Assembly (NCBI GenBank): GCA_964580585.1
Contig: CAZOKZ010000001.1
Span: forward strand, 119,893 to 183,892
DNA: 64,000 nt
Reading direction: 5' to 3'
Source: an uncultured Candidatus Sumerlaeota bacterium
GTDB lineage: Bacteria > Sumerlaeota > Sumerlaeia > SLMS01 > JAHLLQ01
Shown: positions 1 through 9,242 of the stretch, piece by piece
How positions within the stretch are numbered: position 1 is the first letter of the stretch
Layout: each line of letters opens with the position of its first letter
Notes under the pieces: generated by a model
The model's database searches: none
Seen by the model: only the letters and a program-made list of their open reading frames with translations
What the model was told of the DNA's origin: nothing
Translations under genes and position numbers: made by a program

Positions 1-1
1 A

Positions 2-1288
2 GACGGCAGCCGCGAATTTCTGCGCGATTTTGCCCGCAGCCATGGCGAAGTGGTTCTTTATATGCACAAACGCAATAAAGGCAAAGGCGCAGCGATTCGT
101 ACGGCGATTCGTCACATGACGGGCGATTGGGCAATCATTCAGGACGCCGACCTCGAATACGATCCTTTCGAGTACGAAAAACTGCTCGTTCCCGTTCAGG
201 ACGGAATCGCGGACGCCGTCTTCGGTTCGCGCTTTCTGACGGGCGGATATCGCCGGGCGATGTTCTTCTGGCATACCATGGCCAATAAGTTCCTGACCAC
301 GTTCAGCAATATGCTCAATGACCTGAATCTGACGGATATGGAGACCTGCTACAAACTGGTGCGGGCCGATATCCTGAAGACGCTCAATATTCGCAGTAAC
401 GGTTTCGATCTGGAACCGGAGCTCACCGCCAAGCTGGCCCGTTGGGGAGCAAGGATTTACGAGGTTCCAATCTCCTATCGAGGACGCAGTTACGCCGAAG
501 GGAAAAAGATCGGCGCCAAGGACGCCTTTCAGGCGCTTTATGCCATGATTCGCTATCGGTTTTTCGATGTTCGATACGCGCGTCATGAAGGTTTTCTGAT
601 CCTCCAGGCCGTTCGCCGGGCAAAAAAATTCAACCAGTGGCTTTTTTCTCAGATCAAACCCTACATCGGTCACAATGTCCTCGAAGCGGGATGCGGCATC
701 GGGAACCTGACAGAGCTCTTGCTCGATCGCAAACGACTGGTTTGTGTGGATTTAGATCAATTTTATATTGATCGCCTGGTCCAATCCTATGGGCATTTGA
801 ACAATTTCACGATTCATCCCGCAAACCTGATGAGCGACAAAGACCTGAAACGCGCTGCGGATAAAAAGAACTTCGACACGGTAATTTGCCTGAACGTCGT
901 TGAACACATTGAGGATGACCAAAAGGTATTGAAGAATTTTTACGACATTCTGCAGCCTGGCGGCCGAGTGATCATCCTGGTTCCTCACGATCCGAAACTT
1001 TATACGGCAGTGGATAAAACTCTTGGTCATTTCCGTCGCTACACACGCAAAGAGTTGTCCAAAAAAATTGAAGATGCCGGGTTCAAACTGGTACGCTGCT
1101 GGGGATTCAACCGAGTGGGCGGTTTAGGGTGGCGCGTTTCGGGCAAAATTTTACGGAAAGACACACTCTCGCCTGGGCAAATGGGCATGTTCGAGTTTTT
1201 GATGCCAATCATTCGATTGCTTGAAAGTTTTCCGTTTCACAGCCACAACAGCGTCATTGCCGTGGGCGAAAAACCACGCAATCAGTGA
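2..1288 (+). CDS. Family-2 glycosyltransferase fused to a C-terminal class I SAM-dependent methyltransferase. The 5' end is truncated by the window edge.
   Basis: The reading frame is open from base 2 (DGSREFLRDFARSHGEVVLYMHK...), so the gene starts upstream of the window. GT2 signatures are QDADLEYDP (DxD) and FGSRF. The C-terminal half has SAM motif I (VLEAGCGIGNLTELL) plus VICLNVVEHIEDD and LQPGGRVIILVP. Confidence 0.8.
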   Translation, partial: DGSREFLRDFARSHGEVVLYMHKRNKGKGAAIRTAIRHMTGDWAIIQDADLEYDPFEYEKLLVPVQDGIADAVFGSRFLTGGYRRAMFFWHTMANKFLTTFSNMLNDLNLTDMETCYKLVRADILKTLNIRSNGFDLEPELTAKLARWGARIYEVPISYRGRSYAEGKKIGAKDAFQALYAMIRYRFFDVRYARHEGFLILQAVRRAKKFNQWLFSQIKPYIGHNVLEAGCGIGNLTELLLDRKRLVCVDLDQFYIDRLVQSYGHLNNFTIHPANLMSDKDLKRAADKKNFDTVICLNVVEHIEDDQKVLKNFYDILQPGGRVIILVPHDPKLYTAVDKTLGHFRRYTRKELSKKIEDAGFKLVRCWGFNRVGGLGWRVSGKILRKDTLSPGQMGMFEFLMPIIRLLESFPFHSHNSVIAVGEKPRNQ

Positions 1289-1385
1289 TCAAAATCAATA
1301 AGCAACACGCTTCTTCCTCGACAGACGAATGAAGCGTATGCTTATTTCCTGACTTTAGAATCCCTCCCCTAGCGAGCCTTCGATC

Positions 1386-2051
1386 ATGACAGCCGCGAAT
1401 CGACCCATCGAGGAAACCATTGCCATTGTTGACTATGGCATGGGCAATCTGCGTAGCGTCGAAAAAGCCATCGAACACATAGAAATGCCGGTCGTGGTTA
1501 CGAACGATTCCGCCATCATTGCCACCGCAGGAGCGGTGATTTTGCCCGGCGTGGGAGCGTTCGGCGACACCATGCGCGAAATGGCGGCACGCGAAATTAC
1601 GGACGTCGTGCGAAATCGAGCGCTCGAAGCCCAACAAGGTGGTCGCCCGTTTTTAGGGATTTGTCTTGGAATGCAAGTCCTTGTCGATGACGGCGAAGAA
1701 GACCCCGGCATTGATGGATTAGGGCTCATTCCCGGTTCCGTGCCTCGATTAATTCGCCCCGGCATGAAAATTCCACACATGGGATGGAACGCTCTCACCT
1801 TTACGCAGAAAAACAATCCGCTGTTTGACGGATTGCCGGAAGCTCCTTACGTTTATTTTGTCCATAGCTACCAGGTGCAGCCGAAAGATTCGAGCGTCAT
1901 TGCCGCGACCGCTGACTATGCTGGACCTGTGGTGGCATCCTTGCGCCAGAACAACCTGTTTGCCACACAGTTCCACCCGGAAAAAAGCCAGGAAATCGGT
2001 CTGAAAATGCTGCGGAATTTTGGTCAGTTATTAGGTGCAGGCATCGCTTGA
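1386..2051 (+). CDS. hisH: Imidazole glycerol phosphate synthase, glutamine amidotransferase subunit HisH
   Basis: IAIVDYGMGNLRSVEKA; PGVGAFG; nucleophile Cys in LGICLGMQ; C-terminal HSY...TQFHPEKS (His/Glu of the triad). The length of 221 aa is typical. Confidence 0.9.
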   Translation: MTAANRPIEETIAIVDYGMGNLRSVEKAIEHIEMPVVVTNDSAIIATAGAVILPGVGAFGDTMREMAAREITDVVRNRALEAQQGGRPFLGICLGMQVLVDDGEEDPGIDGLGLIPGSVPRLIRPGMKIPHMGWNALTFTQKNNPLFDGLPEAPYVYFVHSYQVQPKDSSVIAATADYAGPVVASLRQNNLFATQFHPEKSQEIGLKMLRNFGQLLGAGIA

Positions 2052-2067
2052 TTCCCGCAAGGTTCCG

Positions 2068-3504
2068 TCACTCGTTATTGCTTTCCAACCGACGATAAAA
2101 TTGTCCCTGCCATAATAGTCCGACGATCTGAGCATCGTATCGGATAAACTCCAGCTTATCCGAATCTGCGCGTGCCAAATTAAGCGCCAACTCATCCTTG
2201 GAACTCAGCGCATAGGGAACGAACTCCAGTCCAACGACATTGGTCAACGTTCGCGTTCCCTTGCCCGGAAGTTCAGCGATCAAATCTCCTTTCTCAAAAA
2301 CAACGGGGAAGCGCTCCTCCGTGATGGGCGATTTGTACAGCCCTTGCAAGTCGCCTGAATACACTTGAGGAATGCGAAAGCCGTTGCGATACCTCCCCAT
2401 CGCAAGATGACGCAGGATTTCTTGACGCATCTCGGAAAAAAACGATGGAGAATACCGCGTCGTTGTCATCACCAAAAACGCTAAACGTCGATGTGGGTAA
2501 TAATAGAGTTCTGCACCTGCATGCTGATCGATACCTGCGTGTTTCGCTCCGAATGGAACACCAGAATTATTGAGAATCGGTTGCCAACATAACGACACCG
2601 GCGAGTAAGGTTTTGAATCGATATCCTCTAACATTCGCCGTGCGCGTTGTTGAACAAAATTATCTTCTTTGGAAGTTAACGCGGATAGAAATTTTGACAT
2701 GTCCTGTCCATGAACAAAAACACCTCCCGCGCCGAGGGGGATTTGTGCAGAATTTGGTTTTTCGGAAGTTTCCAATATTGCAAGGCGCGCATCCGTCATT
2801 CCAAGAGGCAAAAAAATGCGCTCGCGCATCTCCTCCTCTAGCGATTTTTTAGTGAGACTTTCGATGATCGAAGCAAGGTGCTGGTAATTACGATTGCTGT
2901 ACTGGTAGTAAATTCCAGCGGGAACGATTTGTTCCGCTTTTGACGAAGTATTCCCTGCCAAACCGCTGGTATGACGCAACAAATGCTCGATTGTAATCGG
3001 GGAAGTATCGAGAGCAGTATTTTCCAAATCGTTCGGCAAAAAGGAACTGGCGGCGTCATCGAGTGAGAGCAGCCCCTCGTTTTCAAGTTCCAGAACCGTA
3101 AGCGCCGTGAAAACCTTGCTGACAGATGCCAGGTTATATTCGGTTTCCGATCGTTCCAGCGCGCCGTTTTCCTGGGAAAACTCCAACTGCCAGGTTTTGC
3201 CCTCCCAGGCGATCACAACGGTGCATTCTGGAACCCGGTGCGCCTCGCACAAGCCGATTAAATTAAGACGTAGATGTTCTGGATCTTTCGGGAGTTGCTG
3301 CTGACGTTGTATTGAGGCACAAGAACTAATGAACAGGGCCAATATCAACAGTCCGTTCACTAAAATGAACGCGGAAAATGATGCGTCGCCTCGACTTTTA
3401 TCCAGATTTTTTGAAGGCATTTTTGCGGTTTTCCAGTCCGATGGCCCTTTGATAAAAATCGGACCATTTTTATCGACAGGAATTTTTCGTCGATAAAAAA
3501 TCAC
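2068..3504 (-). CDS. Membrane-anchored serine hydrolase of the beta-lactamase/PBP4 type
   Basis: N-terminal TM helix (FSAFILVNGLLILALFISSCA). SxxK motif in NLASVSKVFTA and YxN-like YSNRNY. The C-terminal extension has no recognisable function. Confidence 0.7.
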   Translation of the reverse strand: MIFYRRKIPVDKNGPIFIKGPSDWKTAKMPSKNLDKSRGDASFSAFILVNGLLILALFISSCASIQRQQQLPKDPEHLRLNLIGLCEAHRVPECTVVIAWEGKTWQLEFSQENGALERSETEYNLASVSKVFTALTVLELENEGLLSLDDAASSFLPNDLENTALDTSPITIEHLLRHTSGLAGNTSSKAEQIVPAGIYYQYSNRNYQHLASIIESLTKKSLEEEMRERIFLPLGMTDARLAILETSEKPNSAQIPLGAGGVFVHGQDMSKFLSALTSKEDNFVQQRARRMLEDIDSKPYSPVSLCWQPILNNSGVPFGAKHAGIDQHAGAELYYYPHRRLAFLVMTTTRYSPSFFSEMRQEILRHLAMGRYRNGFRIPQVYSGDLQGLYKSPITEERFPVVFEKGDLIAELPGKGTRTLTNVVGLEFVPYALSSKDELALNLARADSDKLEFIRYDAQIVGLLWQGQFYRRLESNNE

Positions 3505-3633
3505 TCATGTTTCCCAAGGCAATCTTCCAAAGCCTTGACAGGTGAAGCAACCCGCAATCAGCATTCTGCCCTCATAATCGAACGAAACCGGTTGCATCGA
3601 TTATTTTGAATTTCAAATGCGGTTGAGATTGAG

Positions 3634-4590
3634 ATGGCGCCAGAAATTTCCGTCGTAATCTGTACCTATAATCGTGCCACGGTGCTTCCACGAGTTTTAT
3701 GTGGGCTTTCCGAACAAACCATCGACCTCGATCGATTGGAAATCGTGATTGTCGATAACGGTTCAACCGATCCCACTCGCCAAATCGCAGAGAGTTTCAA
3801 GCAACGATTCCCGCGATACATTTATCACTTTGAAAAAGAACCAGGGTTGAGCATTGCCAGAAATCGTGGATGGAAACTGGCCAGCGCTCCGGTGGTTGCT
3901 TTTCTCGATGATGACGCAATTCCAGCTCCCGATTGGGCAGAGTGCATTCTCAAGGCTTTCGATGAAATCCATCCCTCTCTCGATTGCCTTGGAGGCAAGA
4001 TCGACCCCGAATGGGATTGTACTCCCCCGCATTGGTTGACGGAAGAATTATACTGCTATTATTCGATACTGGATTTTAGCGAAAAGCGTATCATCGATCA
4101 GAATCCCGACATTGCCTATGGTGCAAACATCGCATTTTCCCGTCGGGCTTTGGAATCGACAGGTGGTTTCGATCCTCGTTGGGGCCGCCGGGGTAATTAT
4201 TTATTTTCCGGCGAAGAGCGCGATCTGATCACTCGAATTACAGCTCAAGGGGGAACGTGCGCATACGATCCCGCAGTCCGAGTGAGTCATGTTATTTTGG
4301 GGGAACGCCTCAAGAAACAATGGATTTTGCGCCGTATTTATATGCAGGGATTTGAAACAGCGCACGAGTCACGGGAATCGGTCTATTCACGTTGGGTGAG
4401 AACCAAAGGGATCATTCGAACATTTTTGCGCGTATTTTTTTCACTCAAACACCTGAGGTATTTACTCCGTCCCTCGGGCGATCAACACAATTTCAATGAA
4501 GTCTGTAATACATTCCGCAAGTTAGGTTTCATTTCCGGTGCATTGGGTTTTCACCTGTTTGGCTTCTTGCTTCCAAGTGAATCAAAATAA
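3634..4590 (+). CDS. Family-2 glycosyltransferase
   Basis: ISVVICTYNRA near the N-terminus, IVIVDNGSTD, and acidic FLDDDAIP (DxD). Confidence 0.8.
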   Translation: MAPEISVVICTYNRATVLPRVLCGLSEQTIDLDRLEIVIVDNGSTDPTRQIAESFKQRFPRYIYHFEKEPGLSIARNRGWKLASAPVVAFLDDDAIPAPDWAECILKAFDEIHPSLDCLGGKIDPEWDCTPPHWLTEELYCYYSILDFSEKRIIDQNPDIAYGANIAFSRRALESTGGFDPRWGRRGNYLFSGEERDLITRITAQGGTCAYDPAVRVSHVILGERLKKQWILRRIYMQGFETAHESRESVYSRWVRTKGIIRTFLRVFFSLKHLRYLLRPSGDQHNFNEVCNTFRKLGFISGALGFHLFGFLLPSESK

Positions 4591-4614
4591 ACGTCCCACC
4601 AAAGACTTCTTTTC

Positions 4615-5823
4615 ATGATCATCCATGAACCTGAAATTATTGAACGCAAAGACTATGTTGAACTTTCGGCATTAATCGAAAATCACCCCGTTCGCAAAGC
4701 GCCCAAGCGGTTATGGTTCAGATTACCGATTGAGTATGCCTCCTGCCTCTCTGCACGCGCCGAGCCTTTTCTTGCCGCTTTGATTCTTATAGCAATGCGG
4801 TATCGAGAACCCATTGAAATTCGCGCACCTGTTTCGAGCCAATTGCTGTTTGGACTTCAAACATTTCAAGGGATTTATCACAGTTGGCACCCCAATGATT
4901 TTCATCCCGTGCCTGTTTCGACATCGGGTGTCGTGACCGAAGAAAAAAAATCGTCGGACCCCAAGTGGAACATGATGACATTTTCCGGAGGCGTGGATTC
5001 TTTTTTTACTCTGAAGCGACATTTACCCGAGAATCAACCTTTGCCGGATTATGTTCTGACCCATGCCGTAATGGTTCATGGGTTCGATATTGATTTGAAA
5101 CTCGAATCAGAATTCCGTCAAATCTTTGATTTTTACCAGAATCGATTAAGTAAACTAGGAGTGAAACTCATCCCTCTTAGCACAAATATGCGGAAATTCG
5201 CAGGTCTTGTATATTGGCCTCACTATCATGGTTCAGCACTTGGTTCTATTGCTCAGGTTTTTGGGAACAAGGCACGGCGGTTCTATATATCCGGAACCGT
5301 TCCCGTGAGTCTGCCAACGGTCCGTCATGGCTCCGACCCATTGCTCGACCCTTTATTTTCAACGGATTCAATGGATGTTATCGCCGACGGAATCGAATTC
5401 ACGCGACAAGAAAAAGTGGACGCGATTGCCTCATGGGAACCCTGCTGGGATTGTTTAAGAGTCTGCTGGAATCAATTTGATGGGCTTTATAATTGCAGCC
5501 AGTGTATCAAATGCCAACGAACGATGATGGAACTGACGCTCGCTAAAAATCTTCAGCACTTTGAAACCTTCAAAATTAGACAGCTTTCACGACGTCAAAT
5601 TCGACACATTTCGTGCAAAGAATCCGTCATGTACACTTCAGTATGGCCGATTCGCCGATTGGCACTGAAACGCGGATTGAATGAAATCGCTTTTGATTTA
5701 TTGATTGCGGGAATTCGAGATGACCTTCGGAAACTCCTCGAATCGGGGCACAAAAAAACCCGATGGTTTTGGCTCGGAGTGGCCAATCGGTTATTCAAAA
5801 GCAAGGTTGCTCCGAAACGATGA
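4615..5823 (+). CDS. Uncharacterised PP-loop (adenine nucleotide alpha-hydrolase-like) protein with a C-terminal Cys cluster
   Basis: SGGVDS PP-loop motif (nt 4981-5007). Cys cluster CWDCLRVCWNQFDGLYNCSQCIKCQRT (nt 5443-5523) resembles the QueC-type CxxCxxC...R zinc site. The stop overlaps the start of the next gene (ATGA). Confidence 0.55.
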   Translation: MIIHEPEIIERKDYVELSALIENHPVRKAPKRLWFRLPIEYASCLSARAEPFLAALILIAMRYREPIEIRAPVSSQLLFGLQTFQGIYHSWHPNDFHPVPVSTSGVVTEEKKSSDPKWNMMTFSGGVDSFFTLKRHLPENQPLPDYVLTHAVMVHGFDIDLKLESEFRQIFDFYQNRLSKLGVKLIPLSTNMRKFAGLVYWPHYHGSALGSIAQVFGNKARRFYISGTVPVSLPTVRHGSDPLLDPLFSTDSMDVIADGIEFTRQEKVDAIASWEPCWDCLRVCWNQFDGLYNCSQCIKCQRTMMELTLAKNLQHFETFKIRQLSRRQIRHISCKESVMYTSVWPIRRLALKRGLNEIAFDLLIAGIRDDLRKLLESGHKKTRWFWLGVANRLFKSKVAPKR

Positions 5824-7046
5824 AAAAAAAATGTATCGTTTGGGGAGGCTATGGATTTGGTAACACAGGGGACGAACTGTGTTTAGAAATCGCCATCCGT
5901 GATGCGCGTATGCGATTCGGCGACGATTTCGCCGTGCTGACCCCCAACCTCCAGGTCACGCAATGGCTCTTTCCCGATGTGAAGGCCATTGCCTACGAAC
6001 CCGTTTTGCCAACTCGGGCCGTTCGCTTATTGGATTTCGCCCGCACTCTTGCACAATCTAAAGGCAAAGCTCGGTCCTTGCCACTCCCCCGCCCTCGTCT
6101 TGCGGACCAATTGACGGTACTAAAAAGCAGACCCTCTCCTCCCGCATGGCTGGAGGCGATTTCCAGTTGCGAGGAATTGATGCTCGCAGGCGGCGGGTAT
6201 TTGAACGACATCACGACCAGTTTTTATCGATCGTTTCTGCCGCTCCAAGTCGCCAGCGCGTTGAACAAAACTATTCGGACAGCATCGCTTGGTCTTGGCC
6301 CGTTTCTTAAGGCGGGGAATGCTCATCGGGTTGCGTCCTGCCTGCGACAAGCCACCATGGTCAACGTTCGCGATCAGGATTCACTAGCTTGGTGCCGCGA
6401 ACAAAACATCGATGCGAATCTGGTTTGCGACGAGGTCTTCACCCTCAAAGAAAACCCTCCTGAATGGCTTGAATTCAAACGTGTGTCTGAAACAAACGTC
6501 CCCCCAAGGATCGGCGTTTGCTTTTTTGGTCAAAACGGAGCCAGTCTGCAGCCCGATCAGCAACAACGCTGGCTGGCCGATTTCCTCAAGCATTTGAAAC
6601 AACACTTTCCAAATCACAAAATCGAAGGTTTTTGTTTCTATCACGCCCAATATCGTGATTTTAATACCATGGTCCCCATATTCCAGCAAGCTGGACTACG
6701 GGCGGATCAAATCGTCCCGGGCGATTTGGATTACCGGATCAATGTGAAACGGTTGGCTCGATACGACTTAATCATTTCGATGCGGTTTCATGCCGTTGTA
6801 CTGGCAAAATTGATGGGAATTCCCACCATCGCCCTGAGAACCGGCGATTACTACGCTTCCAAAATGGGAGCCGCCGTCTCGGAAGAGGATCGACTTTACA
6901 AAGTACTCAATATGAACGCGATCCCCCCGGATCAAGCGGCCGTATGCGCACAACGTCTTTTCCAGGAATCAATCAATGAGGTGCTTCCAGGAAATCAAGG
7001 GGCGGATAGTGAATCTGAGAGCAAGTTGAGGAAAATTAGCTATTGA
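5820..7046 (+). CDS. Polysaccharide pyruvyl transferase family protein (CsaB/WcaK-like)
   Basis: N-terminal MKKKCIVWGGYGFGNTGDE matches the GxxGxxNxGD(E/D) hallmark. RFHAVVLAKLMGIPTIAL is near the C-terminus. I chose the ATG at 5820, in frame with the 5763 ORF and overlapping the upstream stop in an ATGA arrangement. Confidence 0.72.
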   Translation: MKKKCIVWGGYGFGNTGDELCLEIAIRDARMRFGDDFAVLTPNLQVTQWLFPDVKAIAYEPVLPTRAVRLLDFARTLAQSKGKARSLPLPRPRLADQLTVLKSRPSPPAWLEAISSCEELMLAGGGYLNDITTSFYRSFLPLQVASALNKTIRTASLGLGPFLKAGNAHRVASCLRQATMVNVRDQDSLAWCREQNIDANLVCDEVFTLKENPPEWLEFKRVSETNVPPRIGVCFFGQNGASLQPDQQQRWLADFLKHLKQHFPNHKIEGFCFYHAQYRDFNTMVPIFQQAGLRADQIVPGDLDYRINVKRLARYDLIISMRFHAVVLAKLMGIPTIALRTGDYYASKMGAAVSEEDRLYKVLNMNAIPPDQAAVCAQRLFQESINEVLPGNQGADSESESKLRKISY

Positions 7047-7197
7047 ATACGAACCGGCAGGCAACTTGCTCTTGCACCCTGCCATCGCCGCACGAAACAT
7101 TCTGGCCCCGTTGCCGCTCAATCCGACTAGGGCGTGTTGAATCGTTCCGGCTCCTGATGATCCCAAATATTCTTCTCGATAAAGGTTTTACAACCGT

Positions 7198-9075
7198 ATG
7201 GAAAAACGGTGGGTACTTTTTTTCGTGATTTTCATCGCAGCGTACGGCGTGTTTTTTTACCGCAGTTCGCAACGTATGAAGGCCAATGAAGCGGCTCGAG
7301 AAGCTGCAATGCTGGCCGAGCAGGAAAATTCCTCCACGTCGAAGCCCGTTGCAAAAGCTGGTGCTAAGACGGTGGATACTCTGACGTCCGGCACGTTGGA
7401 GCAGGCAATATCGGATGTAGAACCAACCTGGGAAAACCTTCAAACGGACTCCTCGATTGCGGAAGCTCCAGTTGAAGTCCTTGAGACTAAACTCTCTAAA
7501 ATCAAATTTTCATGTTACGGCGCAGTCCCCATTAGCTGGGAGATTCTGCCCTCGGAATATTCCGCAGCCGTCGAGGATTTGGAAACGGGCGAGATAGAAG
7601 TCATCGAGCTGGTGCCCCAAGTCGCCGATCAGGGCAAACGCGAACTCCCCCTGCAACTCGAAGGTCCAAAACTCGCCTCCTTCAACTCTGCTTTGTATGA
7701 AGTCGAGCGTTCAGAGAACGCAAACGGTCCGGTTTTGACCTTCCGTTCCGAGAAAATCGATGGAATGCAGGTCGTCAAAACGTTCGAGTTCGACGAAGAA
7801 ACCTACATCACCCACCTGACGGTTGAGGTCATCAATGGTCCCTCGCGGGTGCGCATTGGCGATCCGGTTACCGGTTGGGGGCTGGGTTGGCAAGGCGGGT
7901 TCATGAAGCCGGACGCCCGCACACGTCTGAACGGAGATTTGTACGCTGTCTCGGCCGTCGGAGAAGAGTTTCGGGTAAAAAGCCTGGATTCCGATGACGA
8001 ACCGCTCGAATACAACAACAATGTTGCCTGGGCCGGACACGAAAAGAAGTACTTCACGGCTTTGCTGGTTCCCCATCAGGAAAACCCGGCCAGTCGTGTT
8101 GAAATCGCCGTGCGAAAGAAAAATCTTTCGTCTGAGTATGAAGCCAAGGGTGTTCGAGCACCGATGTCGGTGGTGTTAACTCACCCCAGCATGGAACTTC
8201 AACCGACCGAAACCTCGACTCTCAAATACACCCTTGTCGTGGGGCCGAAATACTATGCGATGCTGAAGTCCCTCGATGTGCCAATGATCGAGGGCGGTCT
8301 GCCGATTTCCCGTGTCACCTTTCCCAAAATGTTCTGGAACCTCAATTGGGTGCGTCCGATTTGTTTGACGTTGCTTTCGTCACTTCACTGGTTCGAGAGC
8401 AAAATTCACAACTGGGGTTGGTCGATTATTCTCCTTGTGCTGGTCATCAAAACACTCCTGTATCCGCTTTCGCACTGGGCGATCAAAAATCAGGCAGTCA
8501 CCATGGCTGAGCAGGCCAAAATTCGCCCTTACCTGGATAAAATTAACGAAAAATACAAAGACGACCCCTCCAAGAAGAGCCAGGAGATGATGAAGCTCTA
8601 TCGCGAGCATAACATCAATCCATTCGGCGCGATGCGGGGTTGTTTCCCCATGCTGCTTCAAATGCCGATTTTCTTCGCCTTGTACATTCTGCTCGATCAG
8701 GCAGTTGAACTTCGTGGTCAATCGTTCCTGTGGGTGCACGACCTATCGGCCCCGGACCGGCTATTTGCTCTGCCTTTTTCGATCCCATTTATGGGAAATG
8801 CATTCAATGTTTTACCCATTCTGATGGCCGTCACTCAGTATTTCACCTCGCGGTTGATGTCCACAAACATCAGCGATCCGATGCAGCGTCAAATGATGTA
8901 CATGATGCCGGTGTTGTTCTTTTTCATCACCTACAGCATGCCCTCGGGGTTGATGTTGTACTGGACAGTACAAAATATTTGGCAAATCGGGCACACAGTC
9001 TTGACGAAACGGTATGTGGCCACGCATGATTCACCTGTTTCCGGCGGACCGACAGCGAGCGGCGCGCCGGCCTAA
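7198..9075 (+). CDS. yidC: Membrane protein insertase YidC (long form with a periplasmic P1 domain)
   Basis: N-terminal TM, large periplasmic domain, then the conserved core LLYPLSHWAIKNQ...MAEQAKIRPYLDKINEKYKDDPSKKSQEMMKLYREHNINPFGAMRGCFPMLLQMPIFFALY...GLMLYWTVQNIWQI. Confidence 0.93.
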   Translation: MEKRWVLFFVIFIAAYGVFFYRSSQRMKANEAAREAAMLAEQENSSTSKPVAKAGAKTVDTLTSGTLEQAISDVEPTWENLQTDSSIAEAPVEVLETKLSKIKFSCYGAVPISWEILPSEYSAAVEDLETGEIEVIELVPQVADQGKRELPLQLEGPKLASFNSALYEVERSENANGPVLTFRSEKIDGMQVVKTFEFDEETYITHLTVEVINGPSRVRIGDPVTGWGLGWQGGFMKPDARTRLNGDLYAVSAVGEEFRVKSLDSDDEPLEYNNNVAWAGHEKKYFTALLVPHQENPASRVEIAVRKKNLSSEYEAKGVRAPMSVVLTHPSMELQPTETSTLKYTLVVGPKYYAMLKSLDVPMIEGGLPISRVTFPKMFWNLNWVRPICLTLLSSLHWFESKIHNWGWSIILLVLVIKTLLYPLSHWAIKNQAVTMAEQAKIRPYLDKINEKYKDDPSKKSQEMMKLYREHNINPFGAMRGCFPMLLQMPIFFALYILLDQAVELRGQSFLWVHDLSAPDRLFALPFSIPFMGNAFNVLPILMAVTQYFTSRLMSTNISDPMQRQMMYMMPVLFFFITYSMPSGLMLYWTVQNIWQIGHTVLTKRYVATHDSPVSGGPTASGAPA

Positions 9076-9242
9076 AGATATCAGGCAACCTGAATGGACG
9101 CCAAATGGGATCATTATTCCAGTCCGCGTTGTCTGATGATGTGTAGAGAGATTATGTTTACGAAAATTGAATTCCTGCCCCAACTGCATGGAATTCGCAT
9201 GTGCCAAACCAGCCTAATACTATCCACGAGGGTTTCCTTCAA

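Noticed and set aside
1298-1352. A possible terminator hairpin after the GT2-methyltransferase gene (ATAAGCA.ACGCTTC ... GAAGCGTATGCTTAT).
   Set aside because: The stem is AU-rich with an internal bulge and a 17-nt loop, and the trailing T-run is weak. It is too marginal to list as a feature.
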